A stretch of DNA of 64,000 nt from Parachlamydiales bacterium (GCA_963705295.1 OY970065.1:1728001-1792000), one strand, 5' to 3'; shown: positions 21,065 through 38,679, counted from the first letter of the stretch. Numbers and translations are program-made. Notes: generated by a model not told the origin, from the sequence alone.

Positions 21065-22402
21065 ATGAAATTAATGGATCTACCCCGTGATGTCCTTTGG
21101 GCGATTTTAGACCGGACGGATGCTTCGACACGCAGACAAGTCGGTCTGGCCTGCAAAAAAATGCGCACGATCGCGAGAGATTTTTTCAAGATTGTGCATC
21201 TTCCTCGTGATTTATCGAGCCTGGCCTTTAAAACCTTCCTGGAGAACTTTCCAAAGCATGTCGTACAGATCACAGCCACGGATCTTTCCTGCCATGAAAT
21301 AGCGCATTTGATTGAAACCCTTTTAGCTAAAAATGTGTTAAATAAGCTCGAATTTATTGCTCTGCGTGGATTATATGGCGGCCTGAAAATGGAGGTTAAA
21401 CTTGGGCAAACCCTCGCCAAGCTACCCGTATTAAAAGTCGTGAAAATACACGATTCTACAGTCACAGGTATTTGTATTGCGCAGCTATCCATTGTCAGCG
21501 CTCTTTTCGATCAATGCCACGAAATCCGTACACTCGAAATACCGACTACCCTCGTCCATCTCGATATTTCTAACTCTGGTAGGTTAAATTCCATTACACC
21601 TCTCGATTGTCTGCAGCTCCTCCGGTGCGAAAATTGCAATCTTCGTTCATCAGAAAATTTTCGAGGAGAACGATATAGTTTTTCCGACCTGGTAGAGATC
21701 GACAGACTTCCTTCATTGTACGCTCGAGGAGCCGATCTCTATGCCCAGGATCATTACCGTATCACTCCCCTTATCCGGGCAGCTGCTCAAGATAAACAAA
21801 ATGTTGCAACTTTCCTACTGGATCGAGGTGTAAAACCTGATTTTACTTTTGACCCAGAATGGACCGCTTTAGATACAAGTCTTGATCGAGGACATCGAGG
21901 TATGTTTCAACTCCTCTTGGATCGTGGTGCGAGCCCCAATGGTTCAGGAAATCTGATGACCCCTTTGGGTCGGGCTGCAGGAGGGGATGTTTGGTTTACT
22001 CAAGAATTATTGAGACGAGGCGCCGACCCTCACCGGAAATTCAATGCTTCTTGGTGCCCTAGCACGACGGCTTTACATCGTATGGCTCTGTATGGAAATT
22101 TTACTGCTGCAACTCTTTTACTCGATAGAGGTGTTGATCCTTCTGTTCAAAATAAACAAGGGTTTAATGCTGCTCAACTGTCTGCTCATCGTAGACGATG
22201 GAATATGTTGGATTTGCTCTTCAAAAGATCTATGAATCGTTTTGTTGCTATTTTTTGTTACTCTCTTGTTCGATCACTCAATTTCGGAGCGGATATGACT
22301 GTTAAAGTTTTATCAAAAATCACGCGCCGCCGGGTCGTTGTTGTTGCTGCTGCCATTGGAATATCGCTCCTAGTGCTTGGTAAACTTAAAAAGCTAAAAT
22401 GA
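21065..22402 (+). CDS. F-box + LRR + ankyrin protein with C-terminal TM segment
   Basis: LMDLPRDVLWAIL...LACKKMR F-box; LxxLxI repeats; TPLIRAA/TALHRMA ankyrins; hydrophobic C-terminus. Confidence 0.85.
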   Translation: MKLMDLPRDVLWAILDRTDASTRRQVGLACKKMRTIARDFFKIVHLPRDLSSLAFKTFLENFPKHVVQITATDLSCHEIAHLIETLLAKNVLNKLEFIALRGLYGGLKMEVKLGQTLAKLPVLKVVKIHDSTVTGICIAQLSIVSALFDQCHEIRTLEIPTTLVHLDISNSGRLNSITPLDCLQLLRCENCNLRSSENFRGERYSFSDLVEIDRLPSLYARGADLYAQDHYRITPLIRAAAQDKQNVATFLLDRGVKPDFTFDPEWTALDTSLDRGHRGMFQLLLDRGASPNGSGNLMTPLGRAAGGDVWFTQELLRRGADPHRKFNASWCPSTTALHRMALYGNFTAATLLLDRGVDPSVQNKQGFNAAQLSAHRRRWNMLDLLFKRSMNRFVAIFCYSLVRSLNFGADMTVKVLSKITRRRVVVVAAAIGISLLVLGKLKKLK

Positions 22403-23829
22403 TCACGCACGTACAAAGAAGTTGGATTTCATTAACAGTTCATGAGAGGAATATGGTCTTGGCCAGCGCCAAGATTATCACCTCTTTCGTGGCCGCTTTT
22501 CTCACATGGAAACTGTGGCATCATCCACCGGTTGGGATTGTTTCACGGATTTGGCATCGGCTTAAAAATGGACACGCTATGCGCCGTCTCCCTTTGTCTC
22601 CCTTTTATCCCCTAGTGGAGAAAATTCAGACGAGGCCGTTCTTTCACGGAGTTGGAAAAGGAAAAGTCGATGGGATGAATGTCCAAGCGAAGCTGGAGGG
22701 TGGGTTCATTGAACTCTGCTTTCAAGTGACCCATGTTTTCCGGGATAGACTCGGGGTTCTCATCGAATCTCTGCCAAAGACTCGTTATCATGTGGATGGA
22801 GATATTCTGGCGTACAGGGTCCATTTCGAGGACCTTGGAACAGTATTTGTAGGAGCCGATGCCCGGTATCCTAACCTATACGAGCGGGTCACCGTTAAGA
22901 TCGATGCGCGAAAAACGATTTATGATTTACACAAACTCCTGGGATATGTCGACTTGACGGATGTGCTTCAAGAATCGTCCCCAGACGATATTCTTCGTTT
23001 AAAGATAGGGATGGTCTTCCGAGCTTTTGATCCCAGGCGGGCGACTTTATTGGAGCGGACAGAAAACTATTATAACTGGAGCGTGGGTCAGCTCAAAGAA
23101 GAGATCGTAAGACAAGCTCCTTTGATGAGAAATCGATTCGATGAATATCTCTCAAGGATGGAGCCGCGCGATCTTTTACCGGGGAAGAAAAGGTATGCCC
23201 TTGCAGGTCTAGCCGAGAAAATTCATGCTCTGGGAGGTCGAGGACTTATCACCTTCGTAGGACGTGGACAGAGCCAAGAGAAACAGTTTGAAGCAGCGGC
23301 CAATATCTGGAAAATGGGACTTCTTGCTCCCTCCCTCCTTTCCGATAAAGCGATCCCAGGGATGGCCTCCTATTATCGAGCTGCGGGCAGCGATGATGGG
23401 ATCTGGTGTCACCTCGTTACGGAGCGAGACTGCAAAGAAGGTGAATTTAAAAGCCCATACGTTGCTCCTATCATGTTTGTCTTGCCTCTTTCAGTGCTAG
23501 AGCTAGGAACGTATCAGTATTACGAGCCTCTATATGGAATTCGAAATCCAATGACTCAATTTTATACGTGCTTACCACCGGGCTCTAACAACCCACCTAC
23601 TTGGAACGATTATCTGAATCGGCCCTCTATTTTAGAGTTCACCGAGCGGCTGCAACAGTCGAGCATTCCAGGCCACGAAGTGATTATCAAAGAGGCAGCT
23701 AAACCACTGAGAATGATTGTGAAAGATCAACAAACTTCCGATGATTTTATCGATTATTTAAGGAAGCATGGTATCCCTATCCCCTTTATTCATATCGGTC
23801 CGATCACGGAAGAAGTTTTTAATAATTAA
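22399..23829 (+). CDS. Uncharacterised effector-like protein, paralog of 53825-55171, possible C-terminal ART fold
   Basis: Shares FFHGVGKGKVDGMNVQAK, RDLLPGKKRYA, GSDD and PTWNDYL.RPSIL.FTE.LQ with the paralog; N-terminal TM. Confidence 0.75.
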   Translation: MITHVQRSWISLTVHERNMVLASAKIITSFVAAFLTWKLWHHPPVGIVSRIWHRLKNGHAMRRLPLSPFYPLVEKIQTRPFFHGVGKGKVDGMNVQAKLEGGFIELCFQVTHVFRDRLGVLIESLPKTRYHVDGDILAYRVHFEDLGTVFVGADARYPNLYERVTVKIDARKTIYDLHKLLGYVDLTDVLQESSPDDILRLKIGMVFRAFDPRRATLLERTENYYNWSVGQLKEEIVRQAPLMRNRFDEYLSRMEPRDLLPGKKRYALAGLAEKIHALGGRGLITFVGRGQSQEKQFEAAANIWKMGLLAPSLLSDKAIPGMASYYRAAGSDDGIWCHLVTERDCKEGEFKSPYVAPIMFVLPLSVLELGTYQYYEPLYGIRNPMTQFYTCLPPGSNNPPTWNDYLNRPSILEFTERLQQSSIPGHEVIIKEAAKPLRMIVKDQQTSDDFIDYLRKHGIPIPFIHIGPITEEVFNN

Positions 23830-23890
23830 TAGATTTTTATTTACAAGTTAATTTCAAAATATAATAATCAGCTTTAGGGGAGCTAATTAA

Positions 23891-24229
23891 ATGATTATCG
23901 AAATTTCAGTCGCAATCATAGCAGCTGCCTTCGTCATCTTAGTGATTTTCCTCATTCGAGCCCTTCTGAACATCACGAAAACCACCCAAGAGATGAACAA
24001 AGTTCTCCACTCCACAAAAAAAGATCTCGATGAATTACTCAAAAATGTTAACGCAACCACCATCGACATCAACCATAAACTCCATACCTTGAATGTTTTC
24101 TTTAAGCCTCTGTCGGAACACCGACACGATCAAAACATTGTCACGGACATTGCAGAATGTGTTTCTGATGGGATGCTCTTATATCACAAGATTAAAGGAG
24201 GAATAAAACAGTATGTCAAAACGAGGTAA
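23891..24229 (+). CDS. DUF948/YoxC(YtxG)-like membrane protein
   Basis: IIAAAFVILVIFLI followed by coiled coil. Confidence 0.75.
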   Translation: MIIEISVAIIAAAFVILVIFLIRALLNITKTTQEMNKVLHSTKKDLDELLKNVNATTIDINHKLHTLNVFFKPLSEHRHDQNIVTDIAECVSDGMLLYHKIKGGIKQYVKTR

Positions 24230-24509
24230 AAACAAAGATATCGTTGTTGAAACCATCCTTCTGGGAATTTGCGTTGTTGCCGTTTATATGGCTGCAAAAA
24301 AACCCACTCCTCCTGAAAAATCTTCCACGAGCTCTCTTGGGAAAATTGTGACCCATCTCGGTGAATTATTAACCACTGACAACGTCGATAGAACCCCCTT
24401 TACTCATGATATGGAAAAGAAAGTCCATCAGCATGAAGATACCATTTCCACCGTCTTAGATCTCATTTCCTCGGGGCTCCATCTATGGGATAAATTTAAA
24501 AAAGGGTAA
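24213..24509 (+). CDS. Small hypothetical membrane protein
   Basis: Single TM; AGGAGG RBS; overlaps upstream gene. Confidence 0.65.
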   Translation: MSKRGKNKDIVVETILLGICVVAVYMAAKKPTPPEKSSTSSLGKIVTHLGELLTTDNVDRTPFTHDMEKKVHQHEDTISTVLDLISSGLHLWDKFKKG

Positions 24510-24513
24510 ATCT

Positions 24514-24720
24514 ATGAGAACATTTAAAGAACTATTTTTAGGCATGCTCATCGGCGGCTCCATCGGTGCCTTCCTCTTCAAAACCAAGCACGGAAAACGG
24601 ATTCAGAAAGAAATTCTCTCAAAATATAAACACCTCTCATCCAAAGCTCACCATTTATTACAGAAAGAGATGAAGAGGGTCCACCACTATACTGTCAGGA
24701 AGAAGAGAAAGTCGAAATAG
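24514..24720 (+). CDS. YtxH-domain protein
   Basis: FLGMLIGGSIGAFLF...GKRIQKEI. Confidence 0.7.
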   Translation: MRTFKELFLGMLIGGSIGAFLFKTKHGKRIQKEILSKYKHLSSKAHHLLQKEMKRVHHYTVRKKRKSK

Positions 24721-24755
24721 CACTTGAAACTCAGGCAAATCAAGTGCTCATGCGC

Positions 24756-24938
24756 TTACTCTGCGAAATGCAAAAATTCCCTGATCGAAATCAATATTAA
24801 GACGCCCGATCCAAGGGCTGCTAACCCCAGAAAAAAACTAATAATTCCTGAAGGAGTATAACCAAACATACTAAAAGCAGCGTTAAAGAACAGGTAGACT
24901 GCTAACAAAACCAAAGAAAGCAGTTTTACATTTTTCAT
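24756..24938 (-). CDS. Small two-TM protein
   Basis: 60 aa; LAVYL...SGVLILISI shared with 24977-25159. Confidence 0.75.
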   Translation of the reverse strand: MKNVKLLSLVLLAVYLFFNAAFSMFGYTPSGIISFFLGLAALGSGVLILISIREFLHFAE

Positions 24939-24976
24939 ATTTTTCCTTTTGTTATTTAAATGTCGTTCTCAGCTTC

Positions 24977-25159
24977 TTATTTCTTTCTTGGAAGAAATTT
25001 GCCAATAGAGATCAAGATTAGCACGCCAGATGCTACTCCCAGAAGATTCACGATTGCATTCACCATCGGCGCCATAGTCACCTCTGACATCGTAGACAAT
25101 CCCATTAAAATAAGGTAAACTGCTAAAAAGATCATTCCGATCATTTTTAAAGTATTCAT
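24977..25159 (-). CDS. Small two-TM protein
   Basis: 60 aa; tandem paralog of 24756-24938; AAGGAG RBS. Confidence 0.75.
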   Translation of the reverse strand: MNTLKMIGMIFLAVYLILMGLSTMSEVTMAPMVNAIVNLLGVASGVLILISIGKFLPRKK

Positions 25160-25300
25160 ACATTCTCCTTTGATTTATGGATAATTCCATAAATCTACAA
25201 CTACCCTAAAATAGAAATATTTTTCAAAATAAATTTACTACAAAAGACTTAACCTGCTCAATCCCAAAAGCTTGCCACTTAACAAGGGATGCTGATATCT

Positions 25301-25470
25301 ATCAACCCGAAACGCAAAAAAGAGACAAGATGCGTAAGCGAACCCCTGCCAGATCGAAGCGTCAGCGGTCCGACCGACGAGGATCATAGCCGAAGGCTAG
25401 GCCGAGGAGGAGGATCGATCTGTCAGGGGTGCAGCCAGCAGATTGTCTCTTTTTTGCGTGGAGGGTTAAT
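25301..25470. repeat. Long imperfect palindrome (MITE/REP-like element or structured ncRNA)
   Basis: Nested inverted arms 25312-25328/25443-25459 (17 bp perfect) and 25342-25357/25415-25430 (15/16); inner tagccgaaggcta hairpin. Confidence 0.8.
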
Positions 25471-25520
25471 AAATAATGGAGAATATATATAATGAGAAAA
25501 AATAACATTCGAGGCTCATT

Positions 25521-26828
25521 GTGAATTTTTTTAGAAAAGCGATCAATGAACCGTATGACAAACACAAACGAACACGGTCTTTTTTCTATAAGCTAATTCG
25601 TATACCCTATCTTTCCATCAAGGCGTTTTATTTAAATGAGCTTTATTTAAAGGCTTCACTTCTTACTTTCTATTCCCTTATTTCGATTGTTCCTATCTTA
25701 GCAATCATTTTTGCGATAGCCCAAGGGTTTGGTTTTGAAGATTTTCTTCGAAAGCAAATTTTAGTGACATTTAAGGAACAGCAAGATGTTATTTCCACAG
25801 CCATGCGGTTTGCATATGCTTTTATAGGTCATATCAAAAGTCAAACTATTGTTGGAATTGGAATACTATTTTTATTTTTCACCGTTTTTGGTCTATTTGA
25901 AAATATCGAAAAATCACTCAATTCGATCTGGGGTGTATTAAAACATAGAAGTTTACTAAGGCGCCTTATTAATTACATTATGGCCCTCATATTTTTCCCG
26001 GTTGTCTTTATTGCTTCAGTAAGTATTACTGTCTTTATCAATGCTGAAATTGTTCAATCTGCTCAAACCTATTCATTTATAAAATATTTTTCCGACTATG
26101 TGATTACACTACTCAAGTTCACCCCTTTTGCTTTAATGTGCGCACTGTTCTGCTATTTATATATATTTACGCCCAATACAAAAATTAGCCTTAAGCCAAG
26201 AATTTTTGCTGGTATTTTGGCAGGCATCATTTTTCAATTTTGGCAGATTCTGTATATTGAGTTTCAAGTCTATATATCGAGTTACAGTGTTATCTATGGG
26301 AGCTTTGCTGCCCTTCCCCTCTTTTTAATTTGGATGCAGATCAATTTTGTCATCTTTCTGTTTGGAGCAGAAATTGCTGCTCAAATCGAAGGTGATAGAT
26401 TTTTCAAGAAAACTTCGAACAAAGATCATTTTAAAACGGTCAATCAAAAGGTTTTAACCCTTTTAGTTCTTCGTGAGATAACAACTCATTTTATGAAGGG
26501 AGACGCCCCTTTACCTTTAGAACATATCTCGGATCATCTGGGGATTTCAGAACTAGATGTTCGAGAAATCTTAAATTTATTGGAAAAAATGGGTGTAATT
26601 GCGGAAATAAATTTCAAAAGTAGATCTTTGGAACAGTATCAATTAATTGTAAATCCTGAGTTCTACACATTAGAATCAATTTGCGACTTGATTGACAAAA
26701 TCATTTTGAAGGAAATACAAACAAAGGAAACAAATTCTTTATATCAAGTAGAATCTATTAAAAATTCTCGGAAAAACCTGAATTTAAAAGACTTTGCAAA
26801 TCTGGGCCAGAGAAATGAAAAACAATAG
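25521..26828 (+). CDS. YihY/BrkB family membrane protein with C-terminal HTH
   Basis: ASLLTFYSLISIVPIL, IEKSLNSIW, YGSFAALPLFLIW, LFGAEI. Confidence 0.9.
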   Translation: MNFFRKAINEPYDKHKRTRSFFYKLIRIPYLSIKAFYLNELYLKASLLTFYSLISIVPILAIIFAIAQGFGFEDFLRKQILVTFKEQQDVISTAMRFAYAFIGHIKSQTIVGIGILFLFFTVFGLFENIEKSLNSIWGVLKHRSLLRRLINYIMALIFFPVVFIASVSITVFINAEIVQSAQTYSFIKYFSDYVITLLKFTPFALMCALFCYLYIFTPNTKISLKPRIFAGILAGIIFQFWQILYIEFQVYISSYSVIYGSFAALPLFLIWMQINFVIFLFGAEIAAQIEGDRFFKKTSNKDHFKTVNQKVLTLLVLREITTHFMKGDAPLPLEHISDHLGISELDVREILNLLEKMGVIAEINFKSRSLEQYQLIVNPEFYTLESICDLIDKIILKEIQTKETNSLYQVESIKNSRKNLNLKDFANLGQRNEKQ

Positions 26829-27294
26829 AATTGTACATATTCTATTTAACATTTCAATGATTCTTAAATGGATAGATGGTTTTTTTGAGTTATTAGGCGG
26901 ACTTGCATTTGTTATTCTAAAAAAAGAACATATACTAAGATTAATATCTCACATTTTAAATTACAATCTGTTCAATATTCCCAATGAAACTATTTCTCGT
27001 TGGGTAACGGAGATTTCGAATGCTTTAACAACAAATATTAAAATATTTATATCCATAATTTTAATTTGCAATGGAGCTATTAAAATAATTCTAGCAACCT
27101 CTCTTCTTTTAAAAAAGCTATTTGCTTTTCCTCTAGCAGTGGCATTTTTAATAATCTTACTTCTTTATCAAATTATACAGATGTTTTACACCCCCTCACT
27201 CTACCTGGGTTTATTCAATCTATTTGATTCAGCTGTTATCCTTGTAATTTGGCTAGAATACCAACACCTAAAAAAGACAAAAGGATTTCATTGA
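26815..27294 (+). CDS. DUF2127-like membrane protein
   Basis: LKWIDGFFELLGG, GAIKIIL, FD...VWLEY. Confidence 0.75.
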   Translation: MKNNRIVHILFNISMILKWIDGFFELLGGLAFVILKKEHILRLISHILNYNLFNIPNETISRWVTEISNALTTNIKIFISIILICNGAIKIILATSLLLKKLFAFPLAVAFLIILLLYQIIQMFYTPSLYLGLFNLFDSAVILVIWLEYQHLKKTKGFH

Positions 27295-28286
27295 ATCATC
27301 TCTTGGACTTTTTTCCCTTTCCATAATTTGAAATAACTATTCTCAGTCATCACGCTTCTTTGATGTGCGCGGTCAAGACATAAGATCCCTTGAACATGGT
27401 CGATTTCGTGTTGCAAGATGCGGGCATACCACCCTTTTGCATGGATCACAACAGGCTCCGCCCTCTCATTCAAACATTCCACTCTTACAGATCTGGCCCT
27501 AGGAACGATCCCTATCAGAACAGGGATACTCAAGCATCCTTCCACAAATTCGGTGACCTCGGTCCCTTCGAAAGTGAGTTTAGGATTAATAATGACATGA
27601 AATGGAACCGGGTTCCGTTCTCTTTCGGCAATTTGCTCAGGAGTTAGGTGGCTATGGTCCATATCTTCGATGACAATCACTTGCACCGATTTCCCAATTT
27701 GAGGAGCAGCAAGGCCTGCACCAGGCGCTTCCCGCATGGTGATTTTCATTGTTTCGATCAGTTCTTGGAACTCTGGGCTTAAAATCTCCTCCTTCGTGAG
27801 TGGGCGCGCTGGTTTGCGGAGCACCGGATCACCCATTTCGACAATGTCGAGTTTACACGCCTTGGAAGCCTGCTCGTGCTTTGCATAAACAATCTTCGAT
27901 TCTACGATCGCATGGAAAGGGATAGATCCGTCATAGAGATGATAATATTTAGAACTACCACCCGGATTTGCTTCGTAAACCAATTTCCCTGGCAGCTTAT
28001 CCGTATCCACTTTCAGAATGACAAATTGCGGCACATCCGACCAATATTTTGAGACAATCCTCTCCACCTGGTCATCTCTAGAAAAATGGATAAATGCGTC
28101 ATCTTCGGCAGAAAGATAGACGGAAGGTCTACTTACCGTCGCTTGCCAAAGACGTTGAGATAAAATCTTATATAAATACTTCGGAGCAGTCTCCATCGTT
28201 TCATTCCCTCGCAAAGAGATTGAAAATAGAATCAAAATTCCACTGAGAAAAATTTTAATCACATAGTAGTCTCTTGGTCTGTCCAT
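27288..28286 (-). CDS. def: DUF952 domain fused to peptide deformylase
   Basis: N-part YLYKIL..W, FIHFS..Q, LVYE, YYHLYDG; C-part GAGLAAPQIG, EGCLS, QHEIDH. Start 28286, 28262 (GTG) or 28196. Confidence 0.88.
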   Translation of the reverse strand: MDRPRDYYVIKIFLSGILILFSISLRGNETMETAPKYLYKILSQRLWQATVSRPSVYLSAEDDAFIHFSRDDQVERIVSKYWSDVPQFVILKVDTDKLPGKLVYEANPGGSSKYYHLYDGSIPFHAIVESKIVYAKHEQASKACKLDIVEMGDPVLRKPARPLTKEEILSPEFQELIETMKITMREAPGAGLAAPQIGKSVQVIVIEDMDHSHLTPEQIAERERNPVPFHVIINPKLTFEGTEVTEFVEGCLSIPVLIGIVPRARSVRVECLNERAEPVVIHAKGWYARILQHEIDHVQGILCLDRAHQRSVMTENSYFKLWKGKKVQEMIQ

Positions 28287-28290
28287 CTTT

Positions 28291-32473
<4,183 letters not shown>

Positions 32474-32491
32474 CTATTCTCCCTTAACTCT

Positions 32492-36266
<3,775 letters not shown>

Positions 36267-36376
36267 TGAAGCGTGCTCCTACACTTGTAATCTGATTACA
36301 AATAACATAGGCAAGCAGAAGACTATCTTCATACCGCTTCTGCTCAATGCATTATACCATTCTATATAAAGTTGTC

Positions 36377-36771
36377 TTACAGACCTTTTAAGGTTACCTT
36401 ACCGCCAGCAGCTGTGATCTTTTTCGCGATTTCTTCTGCTTCTGCTTTATTGCAAGTTGCTTTCAAGACTTTAGGAGCTCCGTCCACGAGGTCTTTTGCT
36501 TCTTTAAGCCAAGTCCAGTGATTTCACGGACAGCTTTAATCACTCCGATTTTCTTATCATCTGGAGATTTCTTCCAAAGTGACTTGGAATTCTGTTGATT
36601 CAGCAGCAGGAGCTGCAGCGCCAGCTGCTGGAGCTGCAGCCATCATCATAGGAGCTGCAGCTGCAGCTTTAACGCCCCACTTTTCTTCAAGCATGTTTTC
36701 AATTTGGACATATCGAGTACGCTGAGATCGCTCAAGTCTTCAACGAATTGTTCTAATGTTTAGTAGCTCAC
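36377..36771 (-). CDS. rplL: 50S ribosomal protein L7/L12 (frameshifted)
   Basis: [34 protein letters not shown]; not in ORF track; ends approximate. Confidence 0.88.
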
Positions 36772-36783
36772 GGTTATACCTCT

Positions 36784-37310
36784 TTACTTGTTTATTGATT
36801 CTTGTTGCTTTGTTTTCCAAGCAATGTACGACGCTTGTGAGCAAGTGCATCCATGACAGCCAGAGTTTGCGACAGCGGACAGCTTCGAAAAGACCCAGGA
36901 ACTGTGCTCGCATTTCTTGTTTGCACGGCAAGTTTAGAAAGGGCTTCTACATCTTTTGCAGAATAGAGCTGCCCTTCAAAGCGTCCACCGATAACTTCGA
37001 GATCTCTTCATTTTCATTTCTGAATTGAAAATAGCTTTCGTCGTTTGTAGAAGATCATCATCTGCAAAAATGATACCAATATGCCCTTCCAAAGCGCTCG
37101 GTCAATAGTGACATCCAGCAGCTTCAGCAGCTTTCATGAGAATCCGTTTACGGATCACTTCGAAATCGCCGCCCAGACTTAGTCAAGTCGACATCCGAAA
37201 TTGAGCAGCGAGGTTCGGATCCAGTTTGCTATAACGGGTTAAAACAAACCCTTTTGAGTGATCGATCTTTTCTTTAATGTCATCGAGAAGAATTGTTTTT
37301 CTGGTCTCAT
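36784..37310 (-). CDS. rplJ: 50S ribosomal protein L10 (frameshifted)
   Basis: MRPEKQ, FEVIRKRIL, EMRAQFLGLF; position between rplA and rplL; end approximate. Confidence 0.85.
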
Positions 37311-37312
37311 GT

Positions 37313-38011
37313 TTAGCCTCCTCCGCATTCCAGCTACGATGATCGATCTTAAGCCAGGTCCCATCGTCGATGAAATCGCGACGGATACCAAATAATGTCC
37401 TTTTGCAGATGCAGGCTTTGACCTAGCAATAGCACCGAAGTAGAGTTCTAATATTTTCAACGAGCTTTTCTGAAGAAAAAGAGAGTTTTCCAACACCGTT
37501 ATTGACAACTCCATACTTGTCAGTTTTAAATTCGATCCGTCCTGCTTTAATTTCACGAACGGCATTTGCGACATCATTGGTCACGGTTCCTGCTTTTGGT
37601 GTTGGCATCAAGCCCTCGTGGTCCTAAAACTTTACCGAGTTTACCGACATCTCGCATCATATCTGGCGTAGAAATAACGGCATCAAAATCGGTCCAGCCC
37701 CCTTTAACTTTTTCAAAGAGTTCTTCATTCCCAGCAAAGTCAGCTCCAGCATCTAGTGCTTCTTTCATCTTATCGCCTTTGGCAAAGACGATAACCACTG
37801 ACTTTTTGCCTGTTCCATTCGGTAATGAGACAGTGCCACGCACTTGCTGGTCAGATTTTTGGAGATCGATCGCCTGTCTTAAGCGCCAGTTCCACCGATT
37901 GATCAAATTTGACCGGTGGACATTTTTCAAAATATCGATAGCTTCTTCGAGTTTGTACACCTTTTGTGAATCAACGAGTTTTGCTATCTCCCGAAAGCGT
38001 TTACTTAACAT
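37313..38011 (-). CDS. rplA: 50S ribosomal protein L1 (frameshifted)
   Basis: [42 protein letters not shown]. Confidence 0.93.
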
Positions 38012-38024
38012 TTTTTTATCCTTC

Positions 38025-38119
38025 TTAAATTTAGGATTTCACCACAGAGACACAGAGGAGGATGAGGTAGGAAGAGGAATTCTCTGTGCAATCTCATCTT
38101 TCTCTGTGTCTCTGTGGTT
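38025..38119. repeat. 95-bp palindromic repeat, copy 1 (rplK-rplA spacer)
   Basis: accacagagacacagag (38041-38057) ... ctctgtgtctctgtggt (38102-38118); 2 mismatches to copy 2. Confidence 0.92.
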
Positions 38120-38126
38120 ATTTCCT

Positions 38127-38556
38127 TCATCCTTCTACAATATCTACACCCATCGAACGGGCAGTTCCAGCTACCAAGCGAAGAGCTGCATCAGAAGAGC
38201 GGACCCGCATGTCGGGCATCTTTTCTCTGCGATTTTCTTTACTTGAGCTCTTGTTAATGCTTCCAACTTTGTCACGATTCGGCACTTTAGATCCCGACTC
38301 GATTCCCAGTTCTTTTAAAATCATCCGGGAAACAGGAGGTTGCTTTGTGATAAACGTGAATGTTTTATCGGAAAATACAGAGATCTCAACAGGAAGAATA
38401 TCTCCCGCTTGATCTCTGTGTTTTTGCATTAAATTCTTTGCAGAAGGCCATGATATTGACCTGAGCAGCACCGAGCGCGGGTCCAATAGGAGGCGCTGGA
38501 TTTGCTTTCCCTGCAGGAATTTGCAACTTAATTATTTTAACGAGTTTTTTTGCCAT
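38127..38556 (-). CDS. rplK: 50S ribosomal protein L11 (frameshifted)
   Basis: [44 protein letters not shown]. Confidence 0.93.
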
Positions 38557-38571
38557 ATCGTTCTTACTTCT

Positions 38572-38666
38572 TTAAATTTAGGATTTCACCACAGAGATAC
38601 AGAGGAAGATGAGGTAGGAAGAGGAATTCTCTGTGCAATCTCATCTTTCTCTGTGTCTCTGTGGTT
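38572..38666. repeat. 95-bp palindromic repeat, copy 2 (nusG-rplK spacer)
   Basis: Direct repeat of 38025-38119. Confidence 0.92.
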
Positions 38667-38679
38667 GCTTTCTTCATTT

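Noticed and set aside
21028..21492. N-terminal extension of the ABC ATPase (likewise ORF-track extensions at 28517, 47856, 50495 and 7182)
   Set aside because: They overlap real neighbouring genes; internal start codons give normal proteins.
25289..25565. Short ORFs over the palindrome
   Set aside because: No protein features; better explained by the hairpin.
38025..38666. Composite transposon or CRISPR around rplK
   Set aside because: Only two full copies, no transposase, and rplK is in its canonical position.
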